A DNA stretch of 64,000 nucleotides, from NCBI GenBank assembly GCA_963716175.1, contig OY970296.1, positions 3,520,001 through 3,584,000 of the forward strand, in the 5' to 3' direction. Positions 59,201 to 64,000 of this stretch are shown here, in pieces. Both the position numbers and the translations under genes were made by a program. The notes beneath the pieces were generated by a model, which did not search any database, was not told the origin of the DNA, and was given only the letters and a program-made list of their open reading frames with translations. The DNA comes from an uncultured Armatimonadetes bacterium (lineage in GTDB: Bacteria > Armatimonadota > Hebobacteria > Hebobacterales > Hebobacteraceae). Every line of letters starts with the position of its first letter. The stretch's first letter is position 1.

Positions 59201-60839
59201 GACCGCCACTCGCTACAACGAGCGCCGCGCCAAGGGCAAGCCCACCTACCAGGGCCTGCTGGTGCGCAACGCCATGTGGGAGCCGCTGGAGGAGTCAGCC
59301 TATCGGGTGCTGGATGACGAGTTCGGCCGCAGCCGGGCGGTGGCGCCTCGCGCCTGGTTCTTCACCTCCAAGACCGAGGAGCAGTCCTTCCTGCTCGTGA
59401 AGAGCCCGGCCACCGGGACCACCTACGACGCCCGCGCAGTCACCGGGCTGACCCCGGCCGAAACCGAGGTCACCGGCCTCAACCACGCCCTGCTACCTGG
59501 CGGGCGCTGGTTCCGGCCCGGCGACGTGCATGCCGCCATCATCTCCGCCCGCATGGCGGACGCCTTCCACCTTCTGCCGAGCGATGCGGGGAAGGTGAAG
59601 ATTGACCTGGGCGGCGTGCCGTATGACCTGATCGGCATCCTCGACGCCAGCAAGGCGAAGCGCATCCTGGATCTGGACCAGGAACCGCTCACCCCGGTGG
59701 ACTGGATTCAGATGCAGCGCATGGCGCGGCAGGGCGGCGGCCAGCAGCAGCAGGGCCAGAAGTCAGGGTTCCAGGAGTACCTGCACCTCTCGCCCGACCA
59801 GGTGGTGTTCGTGCCCTTCAACACCGCCATCAACCTGGGGGCGGAGGTCGAGTCCGTGGCGGTGAGCTTCATCACCCCGCAGGAGGTGAAGCAGACCCTC
59901 CGCGCCCTCATGCCCAGGCTCGGCTTCAACCTCTACGCCGGCACCGGCACTGAGATCCGCAAGTGGAGCGCCATCGGGCGCACCTCCATCTCCGGGATGA
60001 GCGATATCCTCATCCCCATCCTGATCGCGGCCCTGATCGTGCTCAACACCATGCTGGGCGCGGTCTACGAGCGGGTGCGAGAGATTCACATCTTCAGCTC
60101 CATCGGGCTCGCCCCCAGCCACATCGCCACCCTGTTCATGGCCGAGTCCTTCGTCTACGCCATCCTGGGCGCCATCTTCGGCTACCTCATCGGCCAGGGT
60201 ATGGCCAAGATCATCACCGCCCTGCACCTTCTGCCCGGCCTCTACCTCAACTACTCGTCCGTGTCGGCGGTGGCCTCCACCACCGTGGTCATCGGCGTGG
60301 TGCTGCTGTCCACGGTGTATCCGGCTCGCAAGGCCTCCGAGGTAGCCACGCCAGCGCTCGATCGCCGGTGGCAGGTGCCGGAGCCAGTTGGCGATTCCTG
60401 GGACATCCCCCTGCCCTTCGCGGTCACTGGCGAACAGGCCAACGCGCTCATCCGGTTCATGGTGGAGTGGTTCGAGGCCTATGAGGAGTATTCCATCGGG
60501 GATTTCGTCACCCAGGATGTCACCAACTTCGAGGAGAAGGCGGATTACGGCACTGCCTACGTGATTCAGCTCATGGCCTGGGTGGCGCCCTTCGACCTGG
60601 GCGTCAGCCAGAAGGTGCAGCTGCGGACCGTGCCCACCGACATGGAGGACGTGTTCGAGATCATGCTCCACCTGGAGCGTGTGAGCGGAGACGTCTCATC
60701 CTGGCGGCGGGTGAATCGCCGCTTCCTCAACACCTTGCGCAAGCAATTCCTGATCTGGCGGACGCTGCGAGCGGAAGAGCGAGACCGCTATCTGGGCCTG
60801 ACCCCGGCCGCCGGCGCCGCCGCGGAGGCCGCCTCCTGA
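56202..60839 (+). CDS. Giant membrane protein: M28-peptidase-like extracytoplasmic domain fused to an FtsX/MacB-type permease
   Basis: Signal peptide; NIVAEIPG, YLTAYYD, PGAESTAGAASLLEL; mid TM bundle; 'NMRKRRARTVFT'; FtsX-like 'VYERVREIHIFSSIGLAP...LFMAES...YPARKAS'. ATG 56202 follows AGGAGG. Confidence 0.85.
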   Translation: MNAALRFGMRRGLIFGLSGLLLAVLWASSPALAALGKKEPTPEQKKWWKTFSNEVKSANIERHVVNLSNSGPRLAGYPGAEVAAEYIAKEVQALGLKDASHGGLDPKLPYREAYWVTVPWVWGQPTVEVLVGGKAVASYPVYPLWPNLVRTSQLPEGGKTYRLIAGGDGSLAEFSGKDVEDTAVLLQFSGGTTWLNAPRLGARAVIFIEPEALERGEAEAKFLRIPINIPRYWISRSDANRLIARLKSQPEVMIRIQCHMTWERKQAWNIVAEIPGTDKELKKQAVYLTAYYDTMSMVPQLSPGAESTAGAASLLELTRILARYPPKRTVRVIFNGAHFLGLAGVRNYVATHLKELTDGLPVRERTRFLGLIPYTHTVMKKMPINLFLAFDLSTHHSRVGLFYKGFFYDQREDMDISRQFSDFARTLRENAGLMADWETTKGFTDAEAGFADGVNPIYGKPWRTFIFGKIALDNEPITLGGGRGAGFVTTDDSRPLLDTPFDTVDQVNFKNLYTQSCFLAATLWDVVNDPKMPVDKDPKFARMTLSGGFAELTAKALAFDPTRSVVADKVVSGTMVVARMSDSTLMGTRGDLVEIVDDRGRSHFWGYPTINAYGWRKPSYIEAYHTNPQTGDIDYAPDWGPMVSRSNPDPTQFFITSGKKECTIVIFDCVPIALYDLVDPQSLTTLRYIKVYDGQTDAEPRRYGLTVPHPEPLRGHVEDVALVFADKGQRVKVMMGLGGGSIRMLLLNAATISPKYESGLGYLADKPFALSHTPLRVTQDMWKLDDLRMKKLEGFRIVNEVVRSLHTTAGTLLAKAQKALDRKDYELADAEARAAWGYEARAYPAVLSTMNDVVKGVLFYLALMLPFAFFVERLVFAFPNLRTQIFGIVIIFAVICLIFSFIHPAFEITKNPWIVPLAFIMVALSVLVITLVTMKFETQLKMLQMKVSGVHRADIGRMSVAAAAFALGISNMRKRRARTVFTCLTLILLTFTVLSFTSVKTATRYNERRAKGKPTYQGLLVRNAMWEPLEESAYRVLDDEFGRSRAVAPRAWFFTSKTEEQSFLLVKSPATGTTYDARAVTGLTPAETEVTGLNHALLPGGRWFRPGDVHAAIISARMADAFHLLPSDAGKVKIDLGGVPYDLIGILDASKAKRILDLDQEPLTPVDWIQMQRMARQGGGQQQQGQKSGFQEYLHLSPDQVVFVPFNTAINLGAEVESVAVSFITPQEVKQTLRALMPRLGFNLYAGTGTEIRKWSAIGRTSISGMSDILIPILIAALIVLNTMLGAVYERVREIHIFSSIGLAPSHIATLFMAESFVYAILGAIFGYLIGQGMAKIITALHLLPGLYLNYSSVSAVASTTVVIGVVLLSTVYPARKASEVATPALDRRWQVPEPVGDSWDIPLPFAVTGEQANALIRFMVEWFEAYEEYSIGDFVTQDVTNFEEKADYGTAYVIQLMAWVAPFDLGVSQKVQLRTVPTDMEDVFEIMLHLERVSGDVSSWRRVNRRFLNTLRKQFLIWRTLRAEERDRYLGLTPAAGAAAEAAS

Positions 60840-60880
60840 GGGGGGCTGGAGAGCAAGTGGTTCCATTCTACACAGGATAG

Positions 60881-62944
60881 GTGACCAGGTTGGCTGAGGA
60901 ACTGGAGGAGAAACCGGAAGCCGCGCCATCGGGAGCAGACGAGGGCGAGTATTACATGGAGCGCCGGCCGGAGCTGGAACCGACAGAGTTCCGCGAAGGC
61001 TTCACCATGAAGACGTTCCTGGGCGCTCTCTTCATCGGGGTCATCATGATGCCGGGAGCCATCTACCTGGCGCTCATGATGGGCCAGAGCATGGGGTCCG
61101 CGGGCCAGTGGACCACCATCATCCTGATCACCGAGGTTGCCCGCCGCTCCTTCACCAAGGTGTCCCGCCAGGAGCTGTACATGATCTACTACATGGCGGG
61201 CAGCCTGCTGTCCGCCGGCGGGACGCTGGCCGGAGGCGCCTTCGCCTATTTCGTGTGGAACGCCTACCTGATCAACTCCACCGCGGCGCAGAACTTCGGC
61301 ATTGCCAAGCTCATCCCGCGCTGGGTGGCGCCGCCGCTGGGGTCTTCCGCCTACATCCAGCGCACCTTCCTGCACCATGACTGGACCATTCCCATCGTGC
61401 TGACCGTGCTGGGGAGTATCTTCGGGCGGGCGCAGTGGATCGGCATGGGCTACTTCCTGTTCCGCACCACCTCCGATGTGGAGCGACTGCCATTCCCCAT
61501 GGCGCCCATCGCCGCTCAGGGGGCCACGGCGCTGGCCGAGGTCTCGGAGGAGAAGGAGTCCTGGCGCTGGCCGGTGTTCAGCGTGGCCACCATGATCGGG
61601 CTGGTATACGGCTTCTTCTACGTCGCCATCCCCGTGATCACCGGCGGCTTCCTCGCCGACCCGCTGAAGCTCATCCCCATCCCCTTCATTGACTTCGTGC
61701 AGAACGCAGAAGATGCGCTGCCCACCAACCGGATCGCGATCGCCACCGATCTGGGGCCCATCTTCTGGGGATTCGTGCTGCCCTTCCCCATCGTCGTCGG
61801 CGGCTTCATCACCTCCATGTTCACCAACTTCCTGTTCTCGCCCCTGCTCTACCATTTCACCTACAGCCCCGTCCTGGGCAAGTCCACCCTGTTCCCGCAG
61901 TGGTCCAAGGGCATGAACCTGATCCAGAGCCAGATGATCCTCGGCTTCGATTTCTACATGAGCTTCGGCATCGGGATCTCGCTTGCCATCGCCGCCATCG
62001 GCCTCTACTCGGTCCTCAGCACCCTGTTGAAAGCCCGGGTGGCTCGCGCCCAGGGCGCGGCCACCAGAGGCTACCGCGATGTCCCAGCCGGCAGAGGCGA
62101 CTTCCCCATCTGGCTGGCGCTGGTGGCCTGGGCCTTGCCCGCGGTCTACTACGTGATCCTGGGGCACTATCTGGTGCCCAGGTTCCCCGTGTATTGGCTA
62201 ATCTTCTTCGCTTTCGTGTGGACCCCGGTGATCTCCTATGTATCGGCGCGCATGAATGGCCTCCGGGGGTGGGGCATTGACATCCCCTACGTGCGGCCTG
62301 CGGTGTTCATCCTCAGCGGGTACAAGGGGGTGGACATCTGGTTCGCGCCCATCAACCAGGACGACCACGGTTGGGCTGCTTCCCAGTTCCGCGAGGTGGA
62401 GCTGACCGGCACCAGGATGGTCAGCGTGGTGAAGGCGGAGGCCTTCCTGCTGGTGCTGATGCTGTTCTGCAGCTTCGTCTACTGGTCATTCTTCTGGAAG
62501 ACCAGCCAGATCCCATCCTCCCAGTACCCGTACGCCCAGATGTTCTGGCCCCTCAACGCCTTCTGGCAATGCCTCTGGGCCACCGCCACTATGCCGCACA
62601 AGGCCGGGGAGGCCACCTTCTTGCTCAAAGCCGTCAAGCCCTCGATCATCGGCTATACCGGCGCCGGCGCCATGGCCCTCTACTGGATCATGAGCGCCTT
62701 CCGGGTGCCCACCCTGTGGTATTACGGGCTGATCGGAGGCTTCAGCGACACCACCTGGGCCATCCCCAGCTTCATCGGCGCCATGCTGGGGCGTTATTAC
62801 TTCGCCCGCCGCTTCGGCAAGAACCGCTGGCGCCAGTACACGCCGGTGCTGGCCGCCGGCTATGCCTGCGGAGTGGGCCTGATCGGGATGGTGTCCATCG
62901 GCCTGACCATTATCTTCAAGGCGGTGCGGTCGCTGCCGTTCTGA
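60881..62944 (+). CDS. OPT (oligopeptide transporter)-like polytopic membrane protein
   Basis: More than 14 predicted TM segments; 'EGFTMKTFLGALFIG' and 'SDVERLPFPMAP' (OPT-like 'LPFP') motifs. Confidence 0.7.
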   Translation: MTRLAEELEEKPEAAPSGADEGEYYMERRPELEPTEFREGFTMKTFLGALFIGVIMMPGAIYLALMMGQSMGSAGQWTTIILITEVARRSFTKVSRQELYMIYYMAGSLLSAGGTLAGGAFAYFVWNAYLINSTAAQNFGIAKLIPRWVAPPLGSSAYIQRTFLHHDWTIPIVLTVLGSIFGRAQWIGMGYFLFRTTSDVERLPFPMAPIAAQGATALAEVSEEKESWRWPVFSVATMIGLVYGFFYVAIPVITGGFLADPLKLIPIPFIDFVQNAEDALPTNRIAIATDLGPIFWGFVLPFPIVVGGFITSMFTNFLFSPLLYHFTYSPVLGKSTLFPQWSKGMNLIQSQMILGFDFYMSFGIGISLAIAAIGLYSVLSTLLKARVARAQGAATRGYRDVPAGRGDFPIWLALVAWALPAVYYVILGHYLVPRFPVYWLIFFAFVWTPVISYVSARMNGLRGWGIDIPYVRPAVFILSGYKGVDIWFAPINQDDHGWAASQFREVELTGTRMVSVVKAEAFLLVLMLFCSFVYWSFFWKTSQIPSSQYPYAQMFWPLNAFWQCLWATATMPHKAGEATFLLKAVKPSIIGYTGAGAMALYWIMSAFRVPTLWYYGLIGGFSDTTWAIPSFIGAMLGRYYFARRFGKNRWRQYTPVLAAGYACGVGLIGMVSIGLTIIFKAVRSLPF

Positions 62945-62989
62945 CGCAGTTCGCGCCTGTTGCGTCAGACGGTCAATGGTGGAGGCGGT

Positions 62990-63928
62990 TTGACAGTACA
63001 AGTAGATTACGATACGACAGCCATCGGATGGCACGGAGTCTCGGTCCGGGTTCCGGCGGACTGGACTCTGGGTGCGGTAGGGGGTGATCGCAAGTCCGGC
63101 TACCTGCGGGTAGATGACGAGCGCATGCCGCGGCTCCAGCTGAAATGGTCGCAGGGCCACATCAACCTGGAGAAGAAGCGAAGCGAATACGCCAACCGGC
63201 TGACCACGGGCAAACGCAAGCGGCCCACCGGGCTCACCGTGGACCTGGAGGCCCGGGTAATCAGCGGGCGCTCGAAGCCGAAGAAGGAGCTGGCCACCTT
63301 CGCCTGGCGGGGCCCGCAGTGCGGGATGGGGGTGCTGTGGAACTGCCAGGTATGCAACCGGGCCCTCATCGCGCAGGTGAGCTGGCAGCAGCCGGAGCGC
63401 CTGCACGAGGTGGCCCAGCAGGTGCTGGGGTCGCTGGAAGATCACGCCATCGGCGGCTGGCAGTTGTGGGGCGTAGATAGCTTCGCCTTCCTCGCGCCAG
63501 AGGGTTATGACCTGGCGAAGTGGAAGCGAATGACGCGCTATCTCGAGCTGACCTTGACGACCAAGAGGGAGGCCACCCTCCGCGCGGTGCGGTGGGGAAT
63601 GGTGGCGCTGGTGCTGGGCGGGCGGACGCTGATGGAGTGGTACCAGGACGAGAACAGGCGGCGGCGCGATGTGCGGTGGCAGGCGCAGGAGATGGAGGTG
63701 AAGGGCCACCAGGCGGTGGCAGCCTGGGGTGAGCGCAGACGATTCGCAGGGAGCGTGAGAAAGGGCCTGGCCAAGCTGCTGGGGCGCAAGCCGGCGGTGG
63801 ATTTCGCCGCTTGCGCCTGGCACTGCCCGGACTCGAACCGGATCTACCTGGCGGAGACGATTTACGCCGAAGGGCAGGATGTGCTGAAAGGAGTGGTGGA
63901 CTCCATCCTCTGCCATGAGGAGGCGTGA
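62990..63928 (+). CDS. Hypothetical protein with a two-fold internal repeat
   Basis: TTG start after GGAGG; paired motifs WHGVSVRVPADW / WGVDSFAFLAPEGY and WNCQVCNR / WHCPDSNR. Confidence 0.7.
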   Translation: MTVQVDYDTTAIGWHGVSVRVPADWTLGAVGGDRKSGYLRVDDERMPRLQLKWSQGHINLEKKRSEYANRLTTGKRKRPTGLTVDLEARVISGRSKPKKELATFAWRGPQCGMGVLWNCQVCNRALIAQVSWQQPERLHEVAQQVLGSLEDHAIGGWQLWGVDSFAFLAPEGYDLAKWKRMTRYLELTLTTKREATLRAVRWGMVALVLGGRTLMEWYQDENRRRRDVRWQAQEMEVKGHQAVAAWGERRRFAGSVRKGLAKLLGRKPAVDFAACAWHCPDSNRIYLAETIYAEGQDVLKGVVDSILCHEEA

Positions 63929-63930
63929 GC

Positions 63931-64000
63931 ATGCGCCGGCGGCGCAGGCCACGGCTCACGGCCGAGCAGGTGCTGCAGTCCCGGCCTCTGCGGAACCCGA
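63931..64000 (+). CDS. 5' end of the next operon gene, possibly PqqD-family (truncated)
   Basis: GAGGAGG RBS; MRRRRRPRLTAEQVLQSRPLRNP.... Only 23 codons are visible, so the family call is a guess. Confidence 0.35.
   Translation, partial: MRRRRRPRLTAEQVLQSRPLRNP

Noticed and set aside
62940-62969. Hairpin TCTGACGCA...TGCGTCAGA after the OPT-like gene as a terminator
   Set aside because: There is no U tract and the next gene starts 20 nt later; more likely an intra-operon stability hairpin.

Overview
High-GC bacterial chromosomal segment. The gene content suggests Armatimonadota or a related Terrabacteria lineage, but this is inference only. Most of the window is housekeeping: a dinB 3' end, lemA-htpX, a complete trpE-G-D-C-F-B-A operon with an unannotated Trp-leader attenuator, deoC-recO-polX, HU, maf-mreC-pncB, pth, a class V aminotransferase-serA-surE cluster, pstS, a glnA-like gene, several radical SAM enzymes and three tRNAs (Pro-GGG, Arg-CCT, Ser-CGA). 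An accessory-looking block follows tRNA-Ser and carries hicBA, a tandem double-IclR regulator and orphan membrane proteins. Most notable: (i) an operon at the right end encoding a 1545-aa fusion of an apparently catalytically dead, nicastrin-like M28 domain with an FtsX/MacB-type permease, then an OPT-like transporter, a repeat protein and a probable PqqD-like protein; (ii) a sigma-28 gene with a convergent FlgM-like ORF and a near-consensus sigma-28 promoter but no flagellar genes nearby; (iii) a 9-nt-period CGCAGAT repeat in the gaps before trpE, trpD, trpC and htpX, with a variant before trpG; (iv) several families of small palindromic REP/MITE-like elements. Five single-base frameshifts in otherwise intact genes are most likely sequencing or assembly indels. 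All calls come from reading motifs by eye; no database searches were run.
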